A stretch of 64,000 nucleotides of DNA from Neodothiora populina. Taxonomy: Eukaryota. Where the stretch lies: NCBI RefSeq assembly GCF_041146345.1, contig NW_027191410.1:930001-994000 (forward strand), written 5' to 3'. The translations under genes and the position numbers were made by a program. Below, in pieces: positions 26,422 to 40,170 of the stretch. Position 1 is the stretch's first letter. Every line of letters begins with the position of its first letter. A model generated the notes under the pieces. That model was not told where the DNA came from. It did no database searches and worked only from the letters and a program-made list of their open reading frames with translations.

Positions 26422-28578
26422 ATGCCACCCAAGGCAGCCTCTGCGCCCACGAGAGGCAGAGGCCGGGTCCGGGGAGTCGGACGTGGACGAGGAGGAGCTA
26501 CTGGGAGCACACGAGCGAGCGCAGCGTCAGAAGCACCCGCAGAAGAGTCCCCAGCTCTGCAGTCGACCGAAGCCGCCGATGCCACTCAGGCGGCTGCAGC
26601 TCCTGCTACCACCACACCAGGAGCTGCACCCGTAGCGCAAATGACTCCCTCGGCTGCAACTCCGGCTCCATCATCTGCCCCTACACCTGCCGCGTCTGCT
26701 GTCGCGCCAAAGGCACCCGCGCGAACGAGCTCGATACGAAGGCCGGCACCATCGGCCACGCCTGGCCCGTCAACGAGAGGAGCCAAGAAGACGGCCATTC
26801 CGGCGCCAAAGGCTGTACGTAGAAGCAAAGAAGAGAGAGAGACGCTCGAGAAAGCCGAACAGAAGAAAAGAGCGGATGAAGCGCGTGTGGCACTACGGGA
26901 ACAGAGACGGTCTGGCAGAGGAAGAGGGGATTTCAAGAGCGATCGGGGACGTGGTGGGAAAGCGAGAGGCGGGTTCATGGGCGACAGGGAGCGCAACATC
27001 CGGGAACAAGTGGCCAGTGGCCCCTTCTCTGCTGGTCAGGTCAGCGCAGAAGCCTCTTTTGCCCGGAGACCGGGTGGTGGTCCCGGCTACAGCGGCGGTG
27101 GCGGAGGCGGAGGTGGTGGTCGCGGCGGTGGCGGTGGTGGTGCACGCATCAAAGTCGAAGGCGGTGCCTACGGAAGTTTGCATTCCATCAAGCCCGAAGA
27201 CGGCGGATACATCTCCAGCGACGAGGATGCCGGGGAAGAGGGTCCGAGACAGGATATCGACATCATCGACATTAGTGACGACGAGGATGATCAGGGCGGC
27301 GGTCGCGGCATGATACCAGTCCGGCTGTCCAGAGTGGAACACAAGGAGCGCGAAAAACCCATCAGCGCGGACGTGAAGACCAAAGACGCCAAAGCAGATC
27401 CACGCGCCTCAGCTGGGGGCGCTAGGACACCTTCTCCTACAGCCGTACGAAAGGCCAAGCAACGAGTCAAGGACATCGAAGTCACAGCATCGCAGCGAAA
27501 ATGGAAGGGCGCCTGGGTCGACAGCGACGACTCCGAACCCGAACCCCAAATCAAGCCCGAGCCCACCGAGGATCCTACGGTAATCACTGCAGAGCCCATG
27601 GACACCGATGTACCCATCAAAGAATCGTCCTCCCCAGAAACGAGACGAAAATCGAGCAAAGCCCGCGTCACATACCAGGGGCTACCTCTAGAAGCACCAG
27701 CAGACCAAACACTAGAAGAACAGCGCGAATGGATGCGCCACCACATGGACCTCGAGCTCATCCGCGAGGAGCTCGGCCAGCTCGCCATACCGGCGACGAA
27801 ACCGGCTGCGACTGCGCCCGAGGGTGAAGCCGCAGGCACAGACGCCCAAGGAGACACAGACATGGGCGACGCCGTCGACGCGACCGAACTACGCCGCCAA
27901 CAAGGCGAAGAGCAAGCCGCGCCCGTCGAAGACCGTCGCGCCGACCGCGTCTACCTTTTCCAGTTCCCTCCCATCCTCCCAGAGCTAAGAATCGCCACGG
28001 GGCCCGGCGGCGTCAAAAAGGAAGCTCCTCCCTCCCCCGAACTCTCCCGCCGAACCAAACCAGCAATCATCCCCGGCTCATCCACCGACACAAACACGGA
28101 GGCTGCACCCATAAATCTCGACGACATCCCCGACTTCTCCGAAGCAATTGCCGCCGCCGCAGCAGCATCATCCAGCTCAAACACGAAAGAAACCGCCGTC
28201 AAGGTCGAAGACAACGGCGGCGCCGACATCCCCTCCTCAGCGGGCCAAACAACCTACCGCGACCTACCGAGCGGCTACGTAGGCAAATTCCGCATCCACG
28301 CCTCCGGGCGCGCGACTTTCGACTGGGGCGGCACGAGCCTGCAGGTCGGCATGGGCACCGACGTCAAGTTCCTGCAGGACGTCGTGGCGGCGCGGTTCTA
28401 TGAGCCTGAGGAGAAGCTCGAGCATATCGCCGGTGTAGGCGGCAAGAAGAAGGAGGTCAAGAAGGAGGATAAGGATGTGGAAAAGGGGCCTGGTGGTGAG
28501 GTCATGGGCTTGGGCCAGGTCAGGGGTAAATTCGTTGTCACGCCGAATTGGGAGGACATTGTTGGCCAGAGGATCTAG
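26422..28578 (+). CDS. RPC53: RNA polymerase III subunit C53/RPC4
   Basis: Long low-complexity N-terminus, then YLFQFPP and GYVGKFRIHASGRATFDWGG..GQVRGKFVVTP (Rpc4 domain). Confidence 0.88.
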   Translation: MPPKAASAPTRGRGRVRGVGRGRGGATGSTRASAASEAPAEESPALQSTEAADATQAAAAPATTTPGAAPVAQMTPSAATPAPSSAPTPAASAVAPKAPARTSSIRRPAPSATPGPSTRGAKKTAIPAPKAVRRSKEERETLEKAEQKKRADEARVALREQRRSGRGRGDFKSDRGRGGKARGGFMGDRERNIREQVASGPFSAGQVSAEASFARRPGGGPGYSGGGGGGGGGRGGGGGGARIKVEGGAYGSLHSIKPEDGGYISSDEDAGEEGPRQDIDIIDISDDEDDQGGGRGMIPVRLSRVEHKEREKPISADVKTKDAKADPRASAGGARTPSPTAVRKAKQRVKDIEVTASQRKWKGAWVDSDDSEPEPQIKPEPTEDPTVITAEPMDTDVPIKESSSPETRRKSSKARVTYQGLPLEAPADQTLEEQREWMRHHMDLELIREELGQLAIPATKPAATAPEGEAAGTDAQGDTDMGDAVDATELRRQQGEEQAAPVEDRRADRVYLFQFPPILPELRIATGPGGVKKEAPPSPELSRRTKPAIIPGSSTDTNTEAAPINLDDIPDFSEAIAAAAAASSSSNTKETAVKVEDNGGADIPSSAGQTTYRDLPSGYVGKFRIHASGRATFDWGGTSLQVGMGTDVKFLQDVVAARFYEPEEKLEHIAGVGGKKKEVKKEDKDVEKGPGGEVMGLGQVRGKFVVTPNWEDIVGQRI

Positions 28579-28988
28579 GTGTCTTTACTTCTCATCGTCT
28601 TCGAGCTGTTCTTGAGACTCTCACTCGGGCTTTATAGCATAGACTTCACGATTTTCACTGAAGCAAGCCGTAGCAAAAAGGTTATGGGATCATATGAGGT
28701 ACATCATGCTGTTGACTGTTGCTATGGCGCATTTCCTGCACCACATTCGTGTAACGATTGTATACAGTCTGAAAGCAAGACCCAAGAATTGACTCCATAT
28801 GCCATGCGTGTCCCAGGGAAATCTCTCTACAAGACCTGTGAATGTGCAATATCACCCGAAGCGCAAACCGCCCGACCTCATTTCCATCTATCGAAGCATC
28901 GTCGCAGACAGGACTGTCCACATGCGCAAGAGACTCACTGCTCCCGTCGGAATGAGTCCTAGTTCCGAAAGATCAAAGAGCACAGCGT

Positions 28989-30269
28989 CTAGCCAGTCCT
29001 CATCCTTTTGGCTTTCTTCTCATTACCGTTCAGGAACACCGAAGATCGCCTGCGCTTAACAACATCATCCTTGCTACCATCGCCCTTAGACTCCACCCTA
29101 TTCTTGTCGCTTTGTGTCGTTCCAATAGACGGTCCCGCGCCGATCTCGAGTCTCGTCTTCTTCTTCGCCGGCTGTTCGTGTCCTCCCTTGACCGGAGCCG
29201 ATGTTGGAAGGCTCGAAGCTGCGTCAGCAATATCGCTATGATCGAAGATGCTGGAAGCAACAGAGTCACGCTTGCGCTTCTTACTCTCTTTCTTCAACCT
29301 ACGCTTCTCCTCCTTCGCCCTGAGAGCCGCGTCAACCTCGTCAGTGATGTCCTCGAACGATTTCCGACGCCCCTGTGGAGCTGACGGCGCCATATCTGGA
29401 CCTGTTCTGCTGTGAGGAGGTGATTTTGCCGGCTCTGGGATAGCGTATATACTGTCATACAGGCCTGCAGCCTTCCTTGGAGGACTTCCAGCTTTGTCGG
29501 ATGGGCTCTCGGCTTTTTCAGCGGGCGCTGTAGGTCTCACCTTGTCGCGCTTACCCTTGGCTTCAAGAAGTTTCCTATGCGACGTAGCCCCTGACCCGTT
29601 GCTCTCATTCGTTGCTGTCTGATCTCGTGCAGCGCCTGCAAGAAGCGGAACGATGACTTCTCTACGATTGATCGAGATTTTGCGCCTTTTCGACGGAGTA
29701 AGCTCCCCGACTGGGGCTTCATGTGTCAGCTGAGCATCGAGAGTAGCCTTTCCTTCAGGAGCTGTCTTCGTGTCTAGATTCAAATTGTTCTGCTGTTTCA
29801 GCAAATTCTTCTTCTGCAACATATTTTAGCGCTGGGCAATTGGTTCGATACGAAGGACCTTACGATGGTACAAACCGCAGACTTGACCGTCTGCTCTGCC
29901 TGGTTAATAGAGTTGACTATTGATGTAAAGCCATCATGTGTGGCATCAGATAGAGAGCCAGGTGAGGGCTTAGTGAGGCTAGCTAGTTCTAGAAAGATTG
30001 AATGGTGGACATTCAGTGTTGCGTTCCAATGCACAACAATCTGCGATCGATAAGTGGCTTGATTACCCGAGTAGAAGACACACAGTACTCACATTGCCGC
30101 ATGCGTCGCCAAAAGCAATATGATCAACGGCAGGCTGAATCGTCTTGATGGTTTCACGTGCCTCTTTCAACTTCTCCATTTGCTGCTCCAGCTTACTGAT
30201 GCCATCTATAAGGCAATCGACTACGGGCTGAGAACCTGGCCGAGCGGCCTTGGTCGTTTGATCTTTCAT
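28989..30269 (-). CDS. Hypothetical basic, probably nuclear protein; exons 30269-30093, 30040-29864, 29813-28989
   Basis: Three ORF segments joined in frame by canonical introns (gtgagt..cgcag; gtaagg..tgcag). Several NLS-like clusters (KKRKR, KRRR). Confidence 0.65.
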
Positions 30270-31123
30270 ACTTCGGTGCATCAGATAGCGATAGTAGTCT
30301 CGGCTACACAATATTGAGAATGGTTGATGAAGCAATGGTTCTCGCAGGGCAATCTGGAAGTTTTAAGTACTGTACAGTACCGTGAGTAGTACAGCTTTGA
30401 TTACCTAAAAGAGGTAGGCGCAGTCTCCTTTGAGAACTTCAACTATCAGATCGCTGAAACGTTTCACGCTAATTCTGCCGACACATGTGTGAAGACGTGC
30501 ACTATCCTGGGGTCTCGCTTGACGCCTCTGAATGCAATGCAGTACAGTACTACAGTACTATGAGACATTCGCTACCGATTTTTGGGTTTCTCTCGGCTCC
30601 TCAGCATAATGCGAAAGGATGGGACCCTGGTATATACCACAGTATAGGATCCCAGTAAGACGTAGATTTTACATAGTGTCACTTAGACTCTTTTATGATG
30701 GGTTTGGCTGTTGCTGTACTCTATATTCATCCTCATCCCGAATTACGAGTGTATATGTCATATCCGCGAATGGAAATGAGGGATACTGTGAATGAATGCT
30801 ACAGATAGGTGCTGCCCTCGTGTGTAAAGGAATTTCGTGGCCAATTACAGTACATCCACAATCACAACAGCAGATAACTCTCACCTACGCCACCAAAACA
30901 TCAGCGCGCCAGGCAAGGTACAGTACCTTGGCAATTCAATTTACCTCTTCCATGCTGGAACACTTTGACGTAGATGTTACGACGAAGCCGTCGATGAGGC
31001 AGCTGAGGTGAGATATCGTAAGGTACCTCTGTCTCTGTTGCTTCTGCGACATAAGTAGCTTTGCAATCCCACTGCGATTTCATGTCTCGTTCAGTGGCAT
31101 ACCAAGGTCTCACTTATTGCTTC

Positions 31124-31736
31124 ATGATGTTGTACTGGTACACTATCTTTGCGGGTCTTATCACCGCTAGAGCTGCGACTCTCGACTCCGCGCATCTGAC
31201 TGCTACAGCAATCGTCACAAATTCACAAAATCTTTCTGCACTTGAGTGCTGGGAACTAAATCGCCCGTTATCGGTTTCCTCGAATGCTGGGACTGTGGGA
31301 GCAGTGACGCACGTATTCGAGAATGTGAACCAGACCATCTATACAGTCATACCCCCTAGGACTGATGGTGGCCTCCATAACGCTCCAGTTCCACAGTAAT
31401 ATCACCTTGATTTCGAAAAAGAAGAGTACTGACTGATGTCTGAATAGGGTGGTCGCTTTCCTGTCCGGACTACTCCATATTACTCTCCCCACTTCAGTAA
31501 CAGGCAATGCATCCTTAGACGAAGTTTATGTTGTTGGAGGTGCAAATGGAGTGTTGATAGCCGCAGACACTACAGGAATGGGACACATTACGACATATCC
31601 CGGGGACCAGCCTACAATTTCTGTCCAGATCCGCTTTGACGAGGGCGGATTTCCTGACCACACCACGCTCCATCCGGGTCCCTGTCATTATGAGGGAGAC
31701 GCAGGGCAATTTTCGTCGTATCTGCTTAATACATGA
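31124..31736 (+). CDS. Small secreted cupin-like protein; exons 31124-31395, 31448-31736
   Basis: Signal peptide, and motifs SALECW, GGLHNAP.Q, FLSGLLHITLP, AADTTGMGH and LHPGPC, as in a common fungal small secreted family. Confidence 0.75.
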
Positions 31737-32081
31737 ATATCGTAGTCGGATATGCAGCGTGATTAGTACTGCGAAAGGAACAAAACGTCAGCTCGTGGCA
31801 ACAGTCCTACGTGTTATGGGATGGTCAGGGGAGTCACCTTAATCTCTGGTCAGGAAGAGATGTTTCGAACCAAGTAAATATTGTCGATAGAGATATTGCT
31901 GGCTTGCATGAAAAGTTCTCGTAACTAGACATGATTCTCTACATGTCATATTCGTCTCGAATGCCCACGCACAACAGTGCGCAGGTTCCGTCAGACCATC
32001 TGTTTCCAGAGAGGTTGGCAGGATTTGGATCTTTACCTTCTAGTAGCGTTGGTCTCTTATCTGAGACAATGATGGAGACAT

Positions 32082-33003
32082 CTACTCGAAGTCACTCCGA
32101 GGATTGGGTGCAACATAGCCGCGCTTCTGTAGAAACCCAGCAAGCCTTTTCTCCATTCGTACGAACTAAGAGGTATAAATGTCAGTGAGGGCCCGTATAA
32201 GATCGTTCTGTTGTCGATGTACCAATCCTCTATCTTCTACAATGCCTTGCTCAACCCAGAAACCCCATGAGCCCATCGTGTTCGCAAGCATCACATCCGT
32301 GAACAGTCTATCGCCAACTACAGCAATTTGGTCAGGAGAAGTGACACCTGAGTCTGGTTGACTGCGAAAGTAGGACATTATCTCCGAATGGCAGCCAGGC
32401 TTCTGTAATGTCAGTGGTTAGTAAAGAGAATTACGCAATTTTTATGATCCTTAAAACCTTTGTGTTGTGGCGGAGGACCTTTACTCCTGTAGCTCTCTCT
32501 AATAGATCTGCCTCCGCACCGGAGGGATCAGATAAGGTACCAGCAGAATTGGATACAATGAGCAAGCGAGATCCAGGATAGGCGCGCTTCAATTGTTCGA
32601 AATGTTCCTGTGAAGCTGTAAGTGACTGTGAGATCGGACATGCTTTTCCATTTAAATGGCTCTCGGCAAGTGAAGCCTCTTCGTTGTTCAGTACCCATCG
32701 TGCAAGAATAAATAGAAGATCTGAACTGATCCTTCGTGGGGAATCACATGTGTCTGAAGTGTGAGCACTCACTACATAGGGCTTGTGAATCTCATTTTGT
32801 TTCGGGACAGCAAAGCAATTATCTTTATCCAGGACTATAGCTCTGATATCCGGCTTCTGATCACTCTTCATAAAAGCTCGGGATAGTGGGATAGGTAGAT
32901 GGTTGAATGTTGGCACTGTATGATGTGGCAAGCACAATGATGGGTTGGTTATTAGTCGGAACACGTTGATCGAGGCTGATAGATTCAACGTGAATGGATT
33001 CAT
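32082..33003 (-). CDS. GEP4: Mitochondrial phosphatidylglycerophosphatase (HAD, YqeG-like); exons 33003-32773, 32607-32458, 32402-32223, 32165-32082
   Basis: Motifs VLDKDNCF, IVSNSAG, KKPGC and VVGDRLFTDV; three canonical introns. Confidence 0.92.
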
Positions 33004-33374
33004 TGTCAATGCTACTTTCAAGACAACACGATAATGTAATATGTGACCCTCTTCTGAAAGCACGATTGTATATACAGTAGCCAGTGGTTCTCGACTGGTC
33101 CTGGTCAGACCCGGAAGTTCATATAACTCCACTGGATAGCGCCAAGAGTCTGTGCCAAGCAGTACAGCCATCCCTGCGTATGAGTTTCACAGGACAATTG
33201 ACTGGAGGTACTCATTGCGTTGGTTACCAAAGAGCTTCAATTACAACACAACATATAGCGCAACCCAACTTACCTCCCGACGCGCAGCAAACCGAGTCAC
33301 AGTGAGCAGCTCTCACATCGCGCGACGCAGGAACCAAGGGAAATCATCTCTCAGCCCACCGGGGCACCTTCGCC

Positions 33375-33904
33375 ATGACTTCCACAATCGGTATTCCCAT
33401 TAAACTTCTAAATGAAGCAACTGTATGTCATGGTCCAGTTCAATGGATCGCATTGCCTTTCCTGACATTACTTCCCAGGGTCATGTTGTCAGTGTTGAAA
33501 TCACGTCTGGACAAGTCTACCGCGGAAAGCTCATTGAAGGTACGGGTGGTTATGTCTATCGCGCCAGATGCGACGGCGCCTGTCTTGCGCGTTCATCGTT
33601 AACCTTATGATAGCGGAGGACAACATGAATTGCCAGCTCAGAGATATTACTGTTACCGCCAGAGATGGACGTGTGTCACACTTGGATCAGGTCTACATTA
33701 GAGGATCACATGTCAGATACTTCATTGTCCCGGACATGCTCAGGTAAGATGGAAGAAGGTGCGCAAAGTAGTATCCTTAAGCTAATCTGGAACAGGAACG
33801 CGCCGATGTTCAGGTCACGGGGTGTGCGTGGAAGAGGTGTCGGTCTTGCTAGAGGTCGCGCGACTGTGATCAGGGCTCGGGGTCATCGTGGCGCGCCCAG
33901 ATAA
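33375..33904 (+). CDS. SMD3: Small nuclear ribonucleoprotein Sm D3; exons 33375-33422, 33479-33539, 33614-33743, 33796-33904
   Basis: [54 protein letters not shown] with an RG-rich tail. Confidence 0.95.
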
Positions 33905-34189
33905 GGATGAATGGCGATACGAGGGTCTCACGAATTGCAAAAGCAGGCAGGAAAAACACATGGGCATGCACGAACGGCCGGTGCCACAACTATCGAGTTG
34001 TGTCAATGTTGTGGGAAGACATTGGATTGATCGTCGTCGCTCATCGGTCTCAGGACAAGCGCTTCACGTCCCGTTTAGCGGTGTCCCGAAGGCTCTTGAT
34101 CAGAGCGCTCATAAAAAGAGTAAGACGTCAAGAAGTGGCATTTTTGCGTCCATGTTGAAAAGCGCATGCTCACGACTAATCTCACAAAA

Positions 34190-34198
34190 TCACGTGAC
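34190..34198. promoter_or_regulatory. Cbf1/bHLH E-box (TCACGTGAC) about 130 bp upstream of IRC6
   Basis: Exact match to RTCACGTG; function not demonstrated. Confidence 0.35.
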
Positions 34199-34323
34199 GG
34201 CAGATGAACATAAGTTACAAATTGACATCATCTTCCCCAGTTTGCTTGTACTGTAGCTTTTGAGGTCAGATACTGGACCTCATCCTCAAGATTGGAGACT
34301 ACCTTTATCATCGTCTCTGTAAA

Positions 34324-35257
34324 ATGGAAATCAAACACCCCCGACGAATTCTTGTGCTCGGAACGCCTGAGTGCGATATTTCGCGCATACTGAAAGGTCC
34401 AGATGCCCCACCCATCACTTCGCACTCGAGGCTCATGACCAATAGACCTGACCGGTTCTTTACCACCATCGGACACATCAGGCTCACTCGCCGGAGTTAC
34501 GCATGAGTGGTCCGTCGAAACCAATTATTACAACGCAAATTTGCCGATATGGATAGACGAAGTTTCCGACCTCGAGCAATGGAAGAACGAGTTTATGAAG
34601 CCGGAAGCCAAAGAAGTCATTGAAGCCGTTGGCGCCTGGATATTCTGTTTTTCAAGACCTTCCGGTCACGACGATAAACTCGGAGTCTCGGCGCAGTCAT
34701 CTATGGAAGCTATTGGGGACGTCATCGAGAATGCATGCGGTTATGCCTGGGACGGCACACGTCTAGCTATAGATGCTTCACGAACGGCCGGGCACAAGGA
34801 GAGCTTGGAAGAAGAATGCATGGAGCACAGCTTCGAATACATCCATGCCGATGCTACAGGAAAAAATGAATTCGGAGAGTTGCAAGGGATAGAACGAGCT
34901 AAGGAGGCCCTTCAGGCCAACGACTGGAATCCACAGAGCTCTGACACTGACGAGGACGATGCTCTTGGTGACATTGATACAGAAAAAGCGCAATTCAACT
35001 CAGAGCTCTGGGGCCTAAAAGCATCGCTCCTCGACCCAGATATTGATGACGAAGCTCATGGAGACGAAGAATTTCAGATCCTGGACATGGAACATATGAT
35101 GAGTCAATTGCTCGCTATTAGAGGTCAGAAGCTTCGAATTCTGTTATTCTGTCTTTCATATTCGCTGACGAAAGCAGAGACGAGTGCCGCCATGCCGGAA
35201 AGTCAGCGAAGAGCTTTCGCATCACGCGCAGTCAATGATCTGATGAAAGATCTATGA
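34324..35257 (+). CDS. IRC6: Adaptin-binding protein p34/Irc6; exons 34324-34396, 34446-35123, 35178-35257
   Basis: Motifs THEWSVETNYYNANLPIWIDE, EFMKPEAKEV, NEFGELQGIERAKEALQANDW and C-terminal QRRAFASRAV. Confidence 0.85.
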
Positions 35258-35765
35258 ACAGCAGCAGAAGAATATAGCAGCGTCCATTCACCGTTACGAT
35301 TTGCGCAGACGCGCAGTCAGTTTCAAGAGAAGCATGTCGATATACAGGACATGTTCTAGCTGTTGCCGTTGCGGGAGCATATCAGCGAGTTCACGAAGAC
35401 GACAATACAGCCAGCATTTATCTCAATACCGAGGATGGCTTGCAAGTTTGAGCTGCCGAGTATGGTAAAGCGTGGAGTTGTGAGGTAGGTAAGGTAAGAT
35501 AGCGTTGAGCCTCTACCCCGCATAAATTGGAAGTTCATCCTATCAACGACCGTAAGTTTATCCTCTCTCGCACAGTCACGGTGGCAGTTCACCCGTATCT
35601 CATCCCTTGTCATGGGCAGCTATAAATAACTTACCATAATACGGCCGTAAATTCTCCTACATATAGGTATCCATCAGTGTACCTATGCAAACACGCTCCC
35701 CTCTCCATTTCCATCATTGAGCTGGGCTTTCTATCAATATTGCTTCTTGCAATACACATCCTACG

Positions 35766-38700
35766 ATGCCTGAACTCTGCTCAGCAATTGCTGATAATAC
35801 CTTTGGCCCTGTTATTCAAGGGTGCAACTACGCTGACTTCACCCTATTATTCGAACAAAGCATTTTCAGTATTGGTCCCTCAGCTTTGATCATATGCATA
35901 GCTCCCCTGCGAGCATGGAATCTTCGGCATAAGCCGAATCGTATCCTAAGGCATCGAGGCCTGTTGTCCAAGCTGGTCAATCGAATGTTGATCCTCGTTG
36001 TAGTGTCGTGACTGATCATAATATAGATCATATTGACACTGCTGGCTGCCATTCAGCTTGCCTCTCTCATAAATTGGGCTATAGAAGCCCACGTCAGGAC
36101 CGAAGTATCTATTGCATCTGCCGTACTGTCATTTGTTTCAGCATTGACTTTGCTGGCGCTGTCGTATGCAGAACACACAAGATGTGTGCAACCTTCTTCC
36201 GTCATTAGCCTATACCTTGGCTTGACATTGCTTCTTGACATTCCGCAAGCCAGGACTTTGTTCAGCAGGGAAGTGCCGACAAGCATTGCTGCACTATTCA
36301 TCTCTTGCATGATAGTCAAGGCCTTAGCTTTCACGTTAGAAGCCCAAAGTAAAAGGAAGTTCTTGCGAACACCATATGATCGTTATTCTCCAGAAGCCTT
36401 AGGAAGCATCATTAGTCGTTCGTTTCAGTGGTGGGTTAATCCATTATTCATACATGGCTTCCGAAAACTACTCTCCGTCAGTGATCTATATTCACTAAAT
36501 ACAGACCTTTCGTCAGCGAGATTGGCGAGGAAGTTCAGACAACTGTGGCCCCAAAGTATGTGTACTAGTCCCTTGCTATGGAAGTACCGACATTGACATC
36601 TAATAGCAAGGACACAACCGAAGAAGCATCCGCTCCGGACGACGTTGGCGCTTCAATTGAAGCTCCAGATTGCTTTCACAATGCTGCCCCGGATCCTCTT
36701 GATCGGTTTCAAGTTTTGCCAACCCCTATTGATTAGCAGGGTCACCTCTGTACTCAGTTCACGGGACCAGGTCGTGGGCTACGACAGCTTTCTCATCCCC
36801 GCGGCAGCACTTATATATAGTGGCCTGGCTGTCTTCAATTCTCTGTACACCGTACAGGTCAATCGGCTCAAGACCATGACGAGAGGCATACTAGTAGGTT
36901 GCATATTTGAGAAGACCTTGCAAGGCTCGGATAAAGGCGATAAAGCGTCGCTTACCCTCATGACCAACGACACAGAAAGAATCACAACATACATGGAGCA
37001 TGTGATTGATAGCATGCTAGGCTCATTCATCGAGATTGTTGTTGCAATGATCCTGCTGGCGCGCCTTGTTGGCTGGGTTTGTGTCGTGCCCATCATCCTC
37101 TCGGCTGCAGCCTCCGCATGGGGTTTTCTGAACAGTGGTGCCGCGGCCCCTTTACAAAAAGCCTGGGTTTCTGCATCGCAGGACCGAGTCTCGTTCACTG
37201 CGAAAGTTTTGGCTTTTCCTAAAGCCATGAAGATGATGGACTGGGCAAGTGAGCTCAGAGACCAAATTCACGAATTGCGCGTGAGAGAGACCGAACTGTC
37301 AAAACCAATGACTCGATTTGGGGTTATGCGCAACGTAATCGGTGTGTGACTACCAGCTTGAAAAAGATTGCAACGGTGTTTTGCTAAAAGATGTGATAGG
37401 GCACGCACCAGGCATATATGCACCGCCAGCTACCTTGACAGTGGCCGTACTCGTCCAGGGCCATGGGTTTCTCGATGTGGAACAGGCGTTCACTACGCTC
37501 GCCATCGTTGCCCTTCTCACTTCTCCTGTTGAAAGGCTCGTGCAGTCGATCCCAATGCTAGGTTCCATGACTGCTCTACTCGACCGCATCGAAAGCTTCC
37601 TTCTGGAAAAATCTAAGGATCACACGGAGGTACAATCATCCATTCCTCGCCTTGAAATTGATATGGAGCTTCAGGATCTTACCCAGACTCCCAAAGATGA
37701 TGCATTCGTCTTCCAAAATGCTGCTTTCGAGTACAACTCTCGCCAAGTCGTTCTACGAGATGTGAACGCCACTATATGCCGTGGCACACTTACACTCATC
37801 TATGGTCCTGTCGGCAGCGGCAAAAGCACTCTTTTACGATCTATGATTGGGGAGCTTCATCCTGCTGTGGGAAGCATGTCCCGGCTGAGCAAGACCAGCT
37901 CATACTGCGACCAAGAACCCTGGCTCCCAAACACTACGATACAAGATATTGTCACGCTTGGGACCGATCTCGATGTTCTATGGTATAAGAAGATCTTGGA
38001 AGCGTGTGCCCTGTCAAAGGATATACACCGGCTTCCACTGGGGGATGAAACGGTAGTAGGTAGCAAAGGCGTGCAACTTAGTGGTGGGCAAAGACAACGA
38101 TTGGCGCTCGCTCGCGCTCTTTACGCAAGAAACGACGTGATCGTTGCTGACAATGTTCTAAGCGGACTTGATGCAGCCACGATGTCGGCCGTTTTCAATC
38201 GAGTCTTCGGTTCATACGGAATATGCAGCCAGCTCAACATGACTGCAGTGCTCGCAACACACAACAAGATATTTGCTACAGCAGCTGACCAGATCATCCT
38301 TTTGGGGCCCGAAGGACGAATGCTCTCGTGCGGGCCTCCAATATCAGTCAGTCGCCAGCTCGAAGCTGTCGAGATGGGACATAATGACTTCGAGGTCGAG
38401 CTCAACGAGGAAGAGGACCTGGCCAGCAACACACCGAGCAGTCGCGAGCCTGTTCCTAGCGATGCCGAGCAAGATCGCTTGCGCAAAGCAGGCGACTTCG
38501 GCTTGTATTTCTACTACACCAGAAACATCGGCCTGCTCAGGGGCTTACTCTTTGTGATCCCGGCATGCATTTTCACTTTTTGCCTGGGGTTTCCATCCCT
38601 CTGGTTGAAGTTGTGGGCCGAAGCTGCGGACCAGACAAGCAACCGCAATGGGTTATATATCGGACTATATTTCTTCTTTGCGGTTGGAAGCTCGCTCTTC

Positions 38701-40170
38701 GGTGGACTTGCGATGCTCCAGTTCACTTCCGTCATTGTCCCGGCTCTGAGTCGTAATTTGCATCGTCGTCTCCTCGACGCGGTGTTCAATGCACGATATA
38801 GATATTTTGCCTCGGTCGATTCAGGCACTATCGTGAATAGATTCAGTCAAGACATGCTGATGGTCGACGCCAATCTCGCAGGCAGTGCTTTCATGGCCGC
38901 GATGTTTATTCTGCAAGCAATTATGGAAGCCGCTCTAATCGTCTCTGCATCGATCTACTTGCTCGCAGTTCTTCCTGCGGTACTAACAGCATTATTCTTA
39001 TTACAGTATGTCTATTTGAGAACATCTAGGCAACTCCGTTTCCTGGAGCTAGAAGCGCAGGCGCCTTTACAGACGCATTTCATGGAGTCTATCGATGGGC
39101 TGGCAACCATCCGCGCATTCGGGTTAACAGAGCGAGCGGCAGAAAAGAGTCAAGGACTTCTGGACACTTCTCAACAGCCTTTCTATCTGCTACTCTGTGT
39201 CCAAGTCTGGCTTGCATTGGTGCTTGAGCTTATCGTCGCCGGACTAGCAGTACTCATACTTGCCATCGCGCTGAACGTTTCACATGGAACAAGTGCGGGT
39301 GCTGTTGGCGTGTCTCTGATCGGTATTCTTACCTTCAGTGGTACCTTGACGAACTTGATCAAAGCATGGACGTCACTGGAAACGTCACTAGGGGCCGTCG
39401 CTCGGGTAAGGAATTTCGAAGAGTCCGTGGAATCAGAAGACAAAGTTGTGACCGAACCTACTCAAATACCTCAGAATTGGCCATCTGGACAAATCAGCTT
39501 CAATCGGGTATCTGCTACCTATGGTGACATCGACGACCCGGCCCTGGTCGACCTGGATCTTCATATAAAGCCAGGTGAGAAGGTGGGAATCTGTGGCCGC
39601 AGTGGCAGTGGGAAGAGTTCGGTACTGCTTACTCTTTTCCGGATGCTCAATGTGTCGTCAGGATCTGTCACTCTGGATGGCGTAGACACCCGACATGTCT
39701 TCGCTCAAACCCTGAGAGAACACATCAGTGTCGTTTCACAGGAGCCAGTCATTCTTCCCGGAACTCTTCGCTTCAATGTTGATCCTTCGTGTGCTAAGAA
39801 TGATCAAGAAATCGTTTCTGTTCTGGAAAAGGTTGGGCTACGGATGCATTTGCAACAGCGTGAAGGCGGTCTTGATTCACCATTGGACCAGACTTCTTTA
39901 TCCGCCGGTCAGCAGCAGTTGATCAATGTCGCCAGAGCCATGCTGCAAAAGAGATCGATTCTTGTCCTCGACGAGGCTACTAGCAGTGTGGACCCCGAGA
40001 CTGAAGAGAAGATCACACGGCTCATTCATGAGCACTTCGACGATTGTACAGTGATCGCAATCGCCCACAGGTTAAATTCCTTGAAAGCATTTGATCGGCT
40101 GGTCACGCTGGACAACGGGCGTATCATCAAGGTCGAGAAGATCCAGCCCTCAGCATCATCCTCTGGTTGA
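35766..40170 (+). CDS. ABCC/MRP-type ABC transporter; exons 35766-35975, 36027-36555, 36607-37341, 37400-40170
   Basis: N-terminal DFTLLFEQSI (TMD0), two TMDs, NBD1 GPVGSGKS/LSGGQRQR, and NBD2 GRSGSGKSS/LSAGQQQL/LDEATS. Confidence 0.93.
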
